Positions 21,203-30,654 of a stretch of DNA of 64,000 nt are shown piece by piece. Within the stretch, counting starts at the first letter, position 1, and every line of letters starts with the position of its first letter. Source of the stretch: Tetramitus jugosus (Eukaryota; Protista; Heterolobosea); the NCBI GenBank assembly GCA_937625935.1, contig OW569347.1, positions 62,001 to 126,000 on the forward strand, in the 5' to 3' direction. Below the pieces are notes generated by a model. That model had not been told where the DNA came from, searched no databases, and worked only from the letters and a program-made list of their open reading frames with translations. A program made the position numbers and the translations under genes.

Positions 21203-23968
21203 ATGAATTCAGAGGACATTTTTGGTTTTGGAGACATTTCATCCAACAATAATGACCACAATGGCAAAAACAAGTCAGACTCCAAAAAGAAGAAGAATAA
21301 GCAAAAGACAGGATTCGAAGTGTTGGGACTGTCGGAACCTGTTCTCAAGGGTGTAAAATCCAAGGGCTACAAATTCCCTACTCCCATTCAACAAAAAGCC
21401 ATTCCAGTCATTCTCTCTGGCAGAGATGTCGTTGGTATGGCCAGAACGGGCTCTGGTAAGACTGCGGCATTCTTGTTGCCTCTGTTTGAGAGGTTAAAGT
21501 GCGAACATTCGAGCAAAGTGGGTGTCAGAGCACTCATTATTTCACCTACGAGAGAGTTGGTGCTGCAGACACATCGATTCATTAGGGACATTGTGGGCAA
21601 TACGACCGATTTGAGAAGTTGTACACTTGTGGGAGGTGACTCTATGGACAATCAGTTTAGTGCACTGGCAAACAATCCTGATGTGATTGTTGCATCGCCT
21701 GGTCGTCTCTTGCACATGATTGCTGAGACTGGATTGTCTCTCAAGGCAGTTGAGTACATTGTGTTTGATGAGGCAGATCGTATGTTCGAAATGGGTTTCA
21801 GAGATCAAGTATACGAAATTATTAGTAAGATTCCGAGCAACAGACAAACTATTCTGTTCTCTGCAACGCTCCCCAGTGTGTTGGCAGAGTTTGCCAAGGC
21901 TGGCTTGAACAATCCAGAGTTGATCCGTTTGGACACAGATATGAAGTTGAGTGACAAGTTGAAACTGTCTTATTTTACAGTGAGATCACAGGAGAAGGAA
22001 GCTGCTTTGGTGTATGTGCTGCGTGAAGTGGTAGATCAAAGAAAGTTAACAATTGTTTTTGCTTCGACAAAGCATCATGTCGATTATCTGTACAACTTGC
22101 TCACAAAATTGGAGTTCCGTGTGACAACAATCTATGGTTCGATGGATCAACAAGCGAGACAGGCCAATTTGCAACGGTTTAAGTCAGGAAAGGTCAATGT
22201 TTTGGTTGTGACTGATGTTGCTGCCAGAGGTATCGATATCCCTGCTCTCGACAATGTGATCAATTACGATTTCCCAGGAAAGCCAAAGCTTTTTGTTCAT
22301 CGTGTGGGTCGTGCCGCTCGTGCTGGACGTAGTGGTCACGCCATTTCATTGATCTCACCAGAAGAAGTTCCGTACATGATTGATTTGCACTTGTTCTTGG
22401 GTAGACCATTGATGAATTGCAAGGAAGATGCTTCCAAGGACAAGAACGAGGAAGAAATCAAGGAGGAGTCCTCCAAGGACAATCGATCAAAGTCTCAAAA
22501 GAGAAAGGATCGTCCATTTGACAATGGCTTCTATGGCAGTCTGCCACAAACAGTGATCGATACCGAGTGTGAAGATGTGAACAAATTGTTGAGAAATGAT
22601 AAGGCATTGGATTCTGAGAAGAATGTGAGTGAGCGTGCGTTCAAGCTCTACACGAAAACAAGAGAATTGGCCAGTACCGAGTCTGTTCGTAGAGCCAAGA
22701 ATATCAAGATTAGTGTCCATCCATTCATTGCTTGGAAGTTGGGAATGACTGATGTCGAAGTTGTTGAGAAGCAAACTGATCTTTTGTCTCAGATTCGTAA
22801 CTATAGACCTTCTACAACTGTGTTTGAATTAGGTGATCAAGGTTCCGATCAAGCAGAGATTATGAGACAGAGAAGAGTTTTCAGAGGTAACATTAAGGCT
22901 TTCAAATCTTCCAACGACACAGATGATATGATTGATGACGAAGAAGAAACTAATTCTTCAAAGGAAAAGAGCAGCGACCGAGTTGAAGATCGTGTGAATA
23001 GGAGTGTGGAACGGAATGACTTTGAATCGCGTACTGTGCGAGCGATTACACAAATGAAGGAAGCTCTGACAAAGAAAACAATTAAGAATTCATTGGCAGA
23101 GGCTCTGTTAGACCCAAAGAAGCAAAGTGCAAGATTCTTTAATGTTACAAAGAAGGCTGCCAAGAAGGGTGTGGAGGTCTTGGAAGATGAAACAAAGAAA
23201 CAAGACTTTAAGGATCCAAACTTTTACTTGTCGTACACAAAGGTAAATCCAGTGAATGAAGCTGAAGAACGTGGTTACTCTGTTCTTGCAGAGAACAAGT
23301 CAACAATGACTAGTGTGCTTGAAAATGAGAAGGCAGATAGAATTGAGGATATGGTTCTTGATATTGTCGGAGAGGATCGTGATGCTCTGAACAACCAAAA
23401 GAGATCACAACTCAAATGGGACAGAAAGAAGAAAAAGTATGTTCGTATTCATTTGGATGCTGGTCAAAAGATTGGTCTCAATGGAAAAATCAAGAATGAA
23501 TCGGGTGCCATCATCAACAAGAAGGACTTGAAGAAGTCTGACTACTATGGAAAGTGGAAGGCCAAGACTCACGCCAGAATTCAGAGAATTGGTGAGGAGG
23601 AAGAAGATCAACACGTTGCACCACAAAAGAATCAACACGTTGGAAAATTGGCACCAAAGGAGGAGAAGGAAGTTGACGAACAGAGAGGTCACAAGAGAAC
23701 CAGAGCGCCAAAGGACGAACTGAAGACGGAGGCTCAAATCAAGAAGCAACGAAGAGAAAAGGACAAGAAGGCAAAGGTAACAGAGATCCGAGAGAAGATC
23801 AAGAAGGTTGGTTACAAGAAGGTCAAATCTCAACTGCAGCGCGAGGGCATGGAGAAAGCAAGAGCCAAGATTGCAGCTCAACAGAGTGTAGCTTCCAACT
23901 CCCGTGTCAGAATCCGTATGATCAACATTGCCAAGAAGGGTGGCAGAAAAGGAACAGGAAGAAAGTAA
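21203..23968 (+). CDS. DDX54: DEAD-box RNA helicase DDX54/Dbp10 (60S biogenesis)
   Basis: PTPIQ, ARTGSGKT, SPTREL, DEAD, SAT, ARGID, HRVGRAARAG, plus the DBP10CT-type KWDRKKKKYV...KIKNESG. Confidence 0.95.
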   Translation: MNSEDIFGFGDISSNNNDHNGKNKSDSKKKKNKQKTGFEVLGLSEPVLKGVKSKGYKFPTPIQQKAIPVILSGRDVVGMARTGSGKTAAFLLPLFERLKCEHSSKVGVRALIISPTRELVLQTHRFIRDIVGNTTDLRSCTLVGGDSMDNQFSALANNPDVIVASPGRLLHMIAETGLSLKAVEYIVFDEADRMFEMGFRDQVYEIISKIPSNRQTILFSATLPSVLAEFAKAGLNNPELIRLDTDMKLSDKLKLSYFTVRSQEKEAALVYVLREVVDQRKLTIVFASTKHHVDYLYNLLTKLEFRVTTIYGSMDQQARQANLQRFKSGKVNVLVVTDVAARGIDIPALDNVINYDFPGKPKLFVHRVGRAARAGRSGHAISLISPEEVPYMIDLHLFLGRPLMNCKEDASKDKNEEEIKEESSKDNRSKSQKRKDRPFDNGFYGSLPQTVIDTECEDVNKLLRNDKALDSEKNVSERAFKLYTKTRELASTESVRRAKNIKISVHPFIAWKLGMTDVEVVEKQTDLLSQIRNYRPSTTVFELGDQGSDQAEIMRQRRVFRGNIKAFKSSNDTDDMIDDEEETNSSKEKSSDRVEDRVNRSVERNDFESRTVRAITQMKEALTKKTIKNSLAEALLDPKKQSARFFNVTKKAAKKGVEVLEDETKKQDFKDPNFYLSYTKVNPVNEAEERGYSVLAENKSTMTSVLENEKADRIEDMVLDIVGEDRDALNNQKRSQLKWDRKKKKYVRIHLDAGQKIGLNGKIKNESGAIINKKDLKKSDYYGKWKAKTHARIQRIGEEEEDQHVAPQKNQHVGKLAPKEEKEVDEQRGHKRTRAPKDELKTEAQIKKQRREKDKKAKVTEIREKIKKVGYKKVKSQLQREGMEKARAKIAAQQSVASNSRVRIRMINIAKKGGRKGTGRK

Positions 23969-24153
23969 ATACAAACATTGAATTCCACATAAATCATCTT
24001 CAAATATTTATTCACATGGACTAGGTGAGTCATCCTCCCTATCGTTGTATTTTAAATACTCCGTACCGAATGTCACCTGTCAATGTGGAACAACCGAAAA
24101 CAAACAGAAAAAGAAACATCCATTCAGAAAAAAAAACAAGCAACAACAAAAAA

Positions 24154-25281
24154 ATGGTACACGGTCGAACGCAATCAGCAACCATTGACTTTTCATCAAT
24201 ATCAGCAACATCCAACAACAATCTCTCCACCACCACCACCACGTCTACCACTAATAGTCCGCTCCGACATCACAGCAGTTGTGACACGATTCAACAACAA
24301 CAAAACATTAGTAGTAGTAGTGCAGCGGCAGTTGTATCATCAGTGAGTACAGTCAATAACAATAACAATAATAATAGTGGTACAAATGGTGGTGGAGGAA
24401 CCAATGGACTTCAAATCTCTCAACAATTGTTTCATGTCATGAGTCATTTGTCCGATCAACAATTGTCCGAATTGAGAGATGTGTTTTGTTTGTTTGATTC
24501 GTCGGGTGATGGAGAGTTGGACCCCGAAGAGTTTTCTCAACTATTGTTGGCATTGATGAGTAAACAAGAGCCTTTCAATGAAGAAAATAACAATAATAAC
24601 AATAGTAGTAGTAGTAACAACAATAACAACAATAGTAGTAGTAACAACAATAACAATAACAATAATAGTAGTAGTAGTGAGCATAATGATGATGAAAATA
24701 ATAGTAATAATAGTAATAATAATAACAGTGATGAAGAGAGAAAGAGACATGCAAGATTGTTGTCTAGAGAGTTGGTCATTGAAGCTGATTCCTCTGGTAA
24801 TGGACTCGTTGATTTCTGTGAATTCTTAACACTTGTGACACGAATGGTCACTGAAGTGTCATCTGTCAAGGAAGCATTCGAAGTGTTGAACATGAACAAT
24901 AATTCTACTACTACTACGACTACTAATTCTACTACCAATCGAAACAACAACAACAACAACAATAATACGACTACAGCAACAACAACTAGTAGTTTTACGA
25001 GTTCTTCAATGGGAAGTGAAGACACGAGTCAAATATTGTCGCGCACTCTGCAATCCGAAGAACAATCATTGTTGAACAGTGATGTCGGTCGACAATCAAT
25101 CAGTGGTGATGATGGCAGTAGTGGTGCTACTGTGCCGTTGTCTGTGTTTAAGCATGCCATGACAACAATGGGTGAAAGGTTTTCAGAGGAAGAAGTCGAT
25201 GCCATGTGGCAAGAGTTGGGATTGGATCCGGAGGCTGATTTGCCCATTGATCTCTTTATAAAGTATTGCATGTCGAATTGA
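24154..25281 (+). CDS. Calmodulin/centrin-like EF-hand protein with long Asn/Ser/Thr insertions
   Basis: LSDQQLSELRDVFCLFDSSGDGELDPEEF, EADSSGNGLVDFCEFLTLV, VKEAFEVL and FKHAMTTMGERFSEEEVDAM follow calmodulin order. The start ATG (MVHG) was chosen because it follows a CA-rich leader. Confidence 0.75.
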   Translation: MVHGRTQSATIDFSSISATSNNNLSTTTTTSTTNSPLRHHSSCDTIQQQQNISSSSAAAVVSSVSTVNNNNNNNSGTNGGGGTNGLQISQQLFHVMSHLSDQQLSELRDVFCLFDSSGDGELDPEEFSQLLLALMSKQEPFNEENNNNNNSSSSNNNNNNSSSNNNNNNNNSSSSEHNDDENNSNNSNNNNSDEERKRHARLLSRELVIEADSSGNGLVDFCEFLTLVTRMVTEVSSVKEAFEVLNMNNNSTTTTTTNSTTNRNNNNNNNNTTTATTTSSFTSSSMGSEDTSQILSRTLQSEEQSLLNSDVGRQSISGDDGSSGATVPLSVFKHAMTTMGERFSEEEVDAMWQELGLDPEADLPIDLFIKYCMSN

Positions 25282-25381
25282 TCAATCTTTCCATTGATAC
25301 AATTGAATAAAGAAGAAACATAATCAATGAATGATACACATGTTTACAGCGTTTTGCGTTTTTGTTTATTTACACATGACA

Positions 25382-28300
25382 CTATTGTACATCTTGAACT
25401 CTTGGGAACATTTGCAGATATTCTTCCAAGTCCCCAAAGTTCAATCTCTGTTCTGGACTCGGTTCTAATAATCCTAGAAGAACGCTACCTAGTTGTTCAT
25501 TGGCCACTTCGGCTTGAATCAGTTGTCGCAGTAGCTGAGAATCCATAAAGAAGTCCACAGCAAACAGTTTTCCTGTGAGGAGCAACAGCAAGTGATATCC
25601 AATCAGCCACACGTCTGCCTTGGTCGATATCATTTCCATGTTGATCACCTCTGGTGATGCATAGTTGTGCAGCTGCACATTCGAAGTGAAAAAGAGCTGG
25701 CTGAACAGAATTTTGTCAATGCCAACATTCTTAATCTTGAAGTATCCATCTCGAGCCGAGAACATGACATCTCTCATGTTAAAGAACAGCATCAGATAGT
25801 TGGCTTCGTGATGCAGTTGCTGGAATGTCTGGAGCAGATATGGCACGACCCAGTGCCACAGAGGCTTCTCACTTAACAGTGGAACTTGGGCGTGATGTTG
25901 TTGGAACTCGCTCCAGTTCATATCGACGGCCTCTTGCACAATCCATACTTCGGTGTCAGTCTGAATAATGCACATGACCTTTGCCAGTGAATTGATGTGC
26001 GATACACTCTGCACAAAATGAATATACTTGGCAAGGTTCGTAGCAATAATCGTTTGAATCGGGAAGCGATGTATGGTGACTATGGAGCTAGAGGGCTTGT
26101 GCAACACTCGATCGCATTTGTTAGACCATCGGTCCAGTCTTTCAAAGTCTTGGACTGTGCATGTATGATAGTCATCAACTGCAAAGATAATGTGTTGTTG
26201 TGAAGGCTCAGGATAAAAGGGTGAGTTTTCATCCCCTGCGTTACCTACGTCGAATAGTTCAGGAGAGGCTATGTGAGGAATGTCTTCACTGGATTCAACG
26301 TCAACAGTTGTTGTGAATTCTGAATCTGACATGTAGGTATCGTACATTTCGGCTTCCGTATCCTCACCATACCGGTACATGCTCTCGTCGATGGAGACCT
26401 TCCTGTCCATCAAAGTCGACTGTCCTCTGTGAAGAGAGTAACAATCAGCCGAAATGAACGGATGTTTGATCAGCTGGGAAACAGGAGCTCTCTTGTCAGG
26501 ATCAATCTGCAAGCAACAGTTTAGGAAATCAAAGAAAGCAGGGGATATCGATTCAGGGAATGGTGGTCGGTTACCTTGGCCGATATAAATCATGAGTTGC
26601 TCTGCAGAAGAAAAGTTTTTGTCCCTGGACAGTGCACTCCATGGTACTTTGCCTGTGTAGAGCATAATAGCCATGCATCCAACGGCCCAGACATCACAAG
26701 CAACCGAGTATTCGTTCCGACTCACAACTTCAGGGCTCATAAATGCCGGAGTACCAAATATTACATCATCGTATTGCTTTGGAGAGGGAGGTTCGATATC
26801 AAAGGCAGATGGAGAAGGTGGAGTAGAGGGAATGATGACTCCAGTAGAAATCTTCTTTTGCATCTCCACGATCGTGGAGCAACCAAAATCAGCCAACTTA
26901 ATTTCACCTAGGGAGGTCAGCAGAAGATTATCGGGTTTGATGTCTCTGTGAACAACATTTTTGCTGTGCAAGTACTGCAAACCAATGAGCGTTTGACGCA
27001 GGTAACTGCTAATCAATTCTTCATCAAACTTTTGCATCTTCTTCAGTAGCTCACCAATGGATCCACATGGGACATATTCCAGCAAAATGTACAAAAAATT
27101 TTCATCACGCCTAGTTCCATAATATTGTACAATGTGTGGATGATCCAGACTCTCGAGTAAATTGATTTCATTCTCAATCTTTTGCAACTTGTTCTGTTTC
27201 AACTGAGTACCGTGAAACACTCGAATCTTCTTCTCTGCCATTGGTATTCCACGCTGGTCAATTATCAAGTTCACCACACCGAAAGCTCCCCTGCCTAGCT
27301 CACGAATCTTCCGGTACTTGTTACTATTGTTCTCATTGTTGAATCCAAGTAGATTACCGAATGAATTGTTTCGACTTCGGTGTGGCTCCACTTCGACAAA
27401 CATTTGAACAGCCTTGTACTTGCGACACAATTGTCTAATGCACACCAAATCCAAATCATGCTTCACCAACAATCTCTCATCTCTCTCCACGTTTAAATAA
27501 TAAATGTTCAACATTTCTACTTCTCTCTTGGTCAAGAACAGCTCATCTTCCAAATCCACGATAAAATTTCGCAGTCTATTTGGCACTTGTCTCCACTTGA
27601 GCGTCGTAACGACTCCCGACTTTAAATTCCGCTTAAACGAAATGTGCAACACTTCGCCTTCTTCGCCATTCGACAATGACGACGAAGAGGATGCTTGAAA
27701 ACCACTAATGATTGCATTGCTGTCACCAGCAATCGAATCCACTCTCTTCTTCACTCCCCGTTCACTTCCAACATTGTTATTGTTGTTGTTGTGACGCGAA
27801 AGGATGGAAGAAAGCTTTTGTGGTTGTGAGGCTTGTTGAGAGGCAGGTGTGACCTGTGATCTGTGAACACCAAAGTCGACAGAGAAGCGAAACGAGTGAA
27901 TTTTGGACTCTCTCTTGCTGGATGGTTGCTGTGGTTGAAGTCGCTTTGCCGTTTGAGATCGAATCAATGACGATGATTTCTTGTTCGTACTAGTCTGATT
28001 GATATTGTTGTTATGATTCACATTCAACAATGATGTGGCTGCACCCATATTGTTGAGCATTGTCGTATTGCTACTTGCTGCATTGATCGTCTCGATATTT
28101 ACACTATTTTCATCATTATTCACATTCATAGTATTCACATTAGTAGTAGTAGTAGTATTGTTGTTGTTTTGGGAATCACTTGTGATTTGATGACTATGAT
28201 CACTACTACCCAATCGATACGCCTTCAATCGATGATTATTCAACAACAAATGTTGTTGTTGATTGAGATTTAATCGTTCAACTGATAGTTCAGTGTTGGC

Positions 28301-28855
28301 TCTTCGTGTAGCAAGTAGCGAAGAAGATGATAGTGATCTCGTGTGATGTGATGGTTGTTGTTGTTGTTGATTTGAATAATGTTCGTTCGGATGATCTAAT
28401 TTTGCTTGTTCCTCAATTTCACTATTGTTGTTACTATCGTTGTTGTTGTTGTTACATGATGATGGTTGATTGTTTGATTCACTGCCACCACCACCATCAA
28501 TATCATCCATATCAATGGAATCATGACCTGCTTCATTACTTCCACTATCTTCATCCTCTTCTTCCTCTTCATTATTATTGTTGTCGTTTTTGTTGTGATG
28601 GTGATGATCATCGTCTACTTCTTCATCAATAATCGCATTAAAATCATCTTGTGATGAAAAAGAGGGTGGCAACAAATGTACAATTGTTCTTGTATCGTCT
28701 TCTGTTGCTGATGTCAGTGTGACTTGTTGTGATTTACTGCTGTTGTTTGTGAGTGGTGAATGAGAGTGTTTGAAGCTTCTTCGAAATTCTCTGTATTCTT
28801 CAAATGTTTTCAAGTTTTTGGGGGAAGTGGACATGCCCGATATTTCACTTCCCAT
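25382..28855 (-). CDS. STE11/MAP3K-like protein kinase with a C-terminal degenerate second kinase-like domain
   Basis: LGRGAFGVV, MAEKKI, LEYVPCGSI, VHRDIKPDN, KLADFGCS, GTPAFMSPE, DVWAVGC. The second domain keeps YASPE and KADVWLIG but lacks HRD and DFG. MGSEIS N-terminus. Confidence 0.88.
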   Translation of the reverse strand: MGSEISGMSTSPKNLKTFEEYREFRRSFKHSHSPLTNNSSKSQQVTLTSATEDDTRTIVHLLPPSFSSQDDFNAIIDEEVDDDHHHHNKNDNNNNEEEEEDEDSGSNEAGHDSIDMDDIDGGGGSESNNQPSSCNNNNNDSNNNSEIEEQAKLDHPNEHYSNQQQQQPSHHTRSLSSSSLLATRRANTELSVERLNLNQQQHLLLNNHRLKAYRLGSSDHSHQITSDSQNNNNTTTTTNVNTMNVNNDENSVNIETINAASSNTTMLNNMGAATSLLNVNHNNNINQTSTNKKSSSLIRSQTAKRLQPQQPSSKRESKIHSFRFSVDFGVHRSQVTPASQQASQPQKLSSILSRHNNNNNNVGSERGVKKRVDSIAGDSNAIISGFQASSSSSLSNGEEGEVLHISFKRNLKSGVVTTLKWRQVPNRLRNFIVDLEDELFLTKREVEMLNIYYLNVERDERLLVKHDLDLVCIRQLCRKYKAVQMFVEVEPHRSRNNSFGNLLGFNNENNSNKYRKIRELGRGAFGVVNLIIDQRGIPMAEKKIRVFHGTQLKQNKLQKIENEINLLESLDHPHIVQYYGTRRDENFLYILLEYVPCGSIGELLKKMQKFDEELISSYLRQTLIGLQYLHSKNVVHRDIKPDNLLLTSLGEIKLADFGCSTIVEMQKKISTGVIIPSTPPSPSAFDIEPPSPKQYDDVIFGTPAFMSPEVVSRNEYSVACDVWAVGCMAIMLYTGKVPWSALSRDKNFSSAEQLMIYIGQGNRPPFPESISPAFFDFLNCCLQIDPDKRAPVSQLIKHPFISADCYSLHRGQSTLMDRKVSIDESMYRYGEDTEAEMYDTYMSDSEFTTTVDVESSEDIPHIASPELFDVGNAGDENSPFYPEPSQQHIIFAVDDYHTCTVQDFERLDRWSNKCDRVLHKPSSSIVTIHRFPIQTIIATNLAKYIHFVQSVSHINSLAKVMCIIQTDTEVWIVQEAVDMNWSEFQQHHAQVPLLSEKPLWHWVVPYLLQTFQQLHHEANYLMLFFNMRDVMFSARDGYFKIKNVGIDKILFSQLFFTSNVQLHNYASPEVINMEMISTKADVWLIGYHLLLLLTGKLFAVDFFMDSQLLRQLIQAEVANEQLGSVLLGLLEPSPEQRLNFGDLEEYLQMFPRVQDVQ

Positions 28856-29248
28856 GGTTCTGTTGTTGTTTGTTGTTTGTTGTTTGTTGGTTGTTTGGAT
28901 TGATTGGATGTTCGTTGTTCGTTACTCGTGCTGTTTATTGTTGTTTGTTGGTTGTTTTTGTGATGTTGCAGAGGATGACACTTGTTTGAACGTTGATGCA
29001 AAAAGTTTTTGTTGCTATCTCTATCCTACACACGCTTGTGGGTAACGATTTTGTTGTTTGTTGTTTGTAGGTTGCTGCTGTTTATGGTTTGTGTGAAGTG
29101 TGATGAACCACTCAACAGTGCGCACCTTCGAAAAGGGATAGTGTGTGAGGATGTCCCTTCAGTTTTTGGGTGGGCCTTACTTTTTGATTCGTCCGTGTGA
29201 AATTGATGGATGAACCGAGTTCCAAAAGTGCTCATTACTGTAACATTT

Positions 29249-30613
29249 TCATCTATTGCTCCGAGTCAATTCTGATAGCAGAAGTTTGTTGGCCAGAGAA
29301 TCCATCGATATTCTATCGTTGGCTACGAGTGTAACTTCTTTATCAATCGTAGATGGTATGTGATGGGTGTTGCTGGGCTGTTTCTCTGTTGTATCTTCTT
29401 CCATCGTGTAATCCAGAGGTGAATTGGATGGAAGAAGAGCTTTCAAACGCCTAACTTCTCCACTAAGGTCAATATTCTCATGCTGCAACTGCGAATTGAG
29501 GTCCATCAGTTCGTTCACCATCTTCATTAGATTGAATTTCTCTTGAGGTATGCGAACTAGTGGGTCAGGTGTTGGAACAGCCTGATTGCTGTGCTTGCGG
29601 GCACTTGGTTCACCATCGAATGTTGACACTCTGAGAAACTTTTGAGACAACTTTAGTAATTCAATCTCCTGTTTTTGAATCTCGTTCTGTTGGTGCAGTT
29701 GCGTGATTTGGGATGCGAATTGTATTCGAACGACACTCTGTTCATTCATCTTGTTAGTTAATGTGGCGATTTCGTTTTTCAGGTTTTCACACGCCTTTCC
29801 CCCTTCTAGAATTCTCTCCTCAAGCAGGGATATTTGTTCCATCAACCCATCCTTCTCGAGGGACATGACATGCACTTCACGTCTGTACTTCTCCATATGT
29901 GAATTGTACAGTAGCTGAAGTTGAGCTATCTGATCCTTCACTCGCAGTTTATCCTTCTCATGACTACTTTCTTTTATCTCGTTCTCTGTGAATTTCCTCT
30001 GAAACTCACTCACCATCATACTATTCTTCAATTGTACATCTTGGATTTGCTCCTTCAATTTTTGGTGAACGAGTTGCATAGACTCCATCTTGGCTTTCAA
30101 TACAATCTCAAGAACAGACAGAGATTGGTCCAACTTTTCTGTCATTAACCGTGCATCCATTAAGTGTACTTCTCTGACCGACAACTCCTCTCCGTGAACG
30201 TGAGAGGAGCAGCTAAACTCGGCATCGAGAGGAGCGCACTTCCCATGTCGAGAAGGTGCCCTTATCAATCCCGAGTTTAAAACGTATTGTTGGTGAGAGA
30301 GTATTCTCTGGCGTAACTCTCCATAGATAGTTGGTAGAACATATTTTTGCAATTGACACAACCTTTCATCCAATCTGTTCAGGTCTGATTTCAAATAGTC
30401 ATCTCTTGCGCTTCTCTTCGGTTGGTTGTTACAGTTAGAGAAATTATTTCGCTCGTTCATCATGGAATCAGTCTTTCGGTTATGCTTGGCTACTAACATC
30501 TCTATCTCTCTCATTGATCTGCTCTTCTCTGACTTCAGATCTTGTTCTAGGGATAAGATATGAGCCTTTAGAGCTTCATTCTCTTTTCGTAATGAAGACA
30601 CCACTGCATTCAT
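29249..30613 (-). CDS. Coiled-coil protein of unknown function
   Basis: 454-aa ORF rich in heptad-patterned E/K/Q/L segments. Confidence 0.7.
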   Translation of the reverse strand: MNAVVSSLRKENEALKAHILSLEQDLKSEKSRSMREIEMLVAKHNRKTDSMMNERNNFSNCNNQPKRSARDDYLKSDLNRLDERLCQLQKYVLPTIYGELRQRILSHQQYVLNSGLIRAPSRHGKCAPLDAEFSCSSHVHGEELSVREVHLMDARLMTEKLDQSLSVLEIVLKAKMESMQLVHQKLKEQIQDVQLKNSMMVSEFQRKFTENEIKESSHEKDKLRVKDQIAQLQLLYNSHMEKYRREVHVMSLEKDGLMEQISLLEERILEGGKACENLKNEIATLTNKMNEQSVVRIQFASQITQLHQQNEIQKQEIELLKLSQKFLRVSTFDGEPSARKHSNQAVPTPDPLVRIPQEKFNLMKMVNELMDLNSQLQHENIDLSGEVRRLKALLPSNSPLDYTMEEDTTEKQPSNTHHIPSTIDKEVTLVANDRISMDSLANKLLLSELTRSNR

Positions 30614-30654
30614 GTATTTCTGATTTTTGAGACGTTACTTTCTTGATCAAATTT

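Noticed and set aside
24580-24730. AAT/AAC/AGT trinucleotide tracts and the poly-Leu/Val/Thr ORFs overlapping them (here and elsewhere)
   Set aside because: Ordinary poly-Asn/Ser/Gln coding low complexity; the overlapping short ORFs are alternative-frame artefacts.
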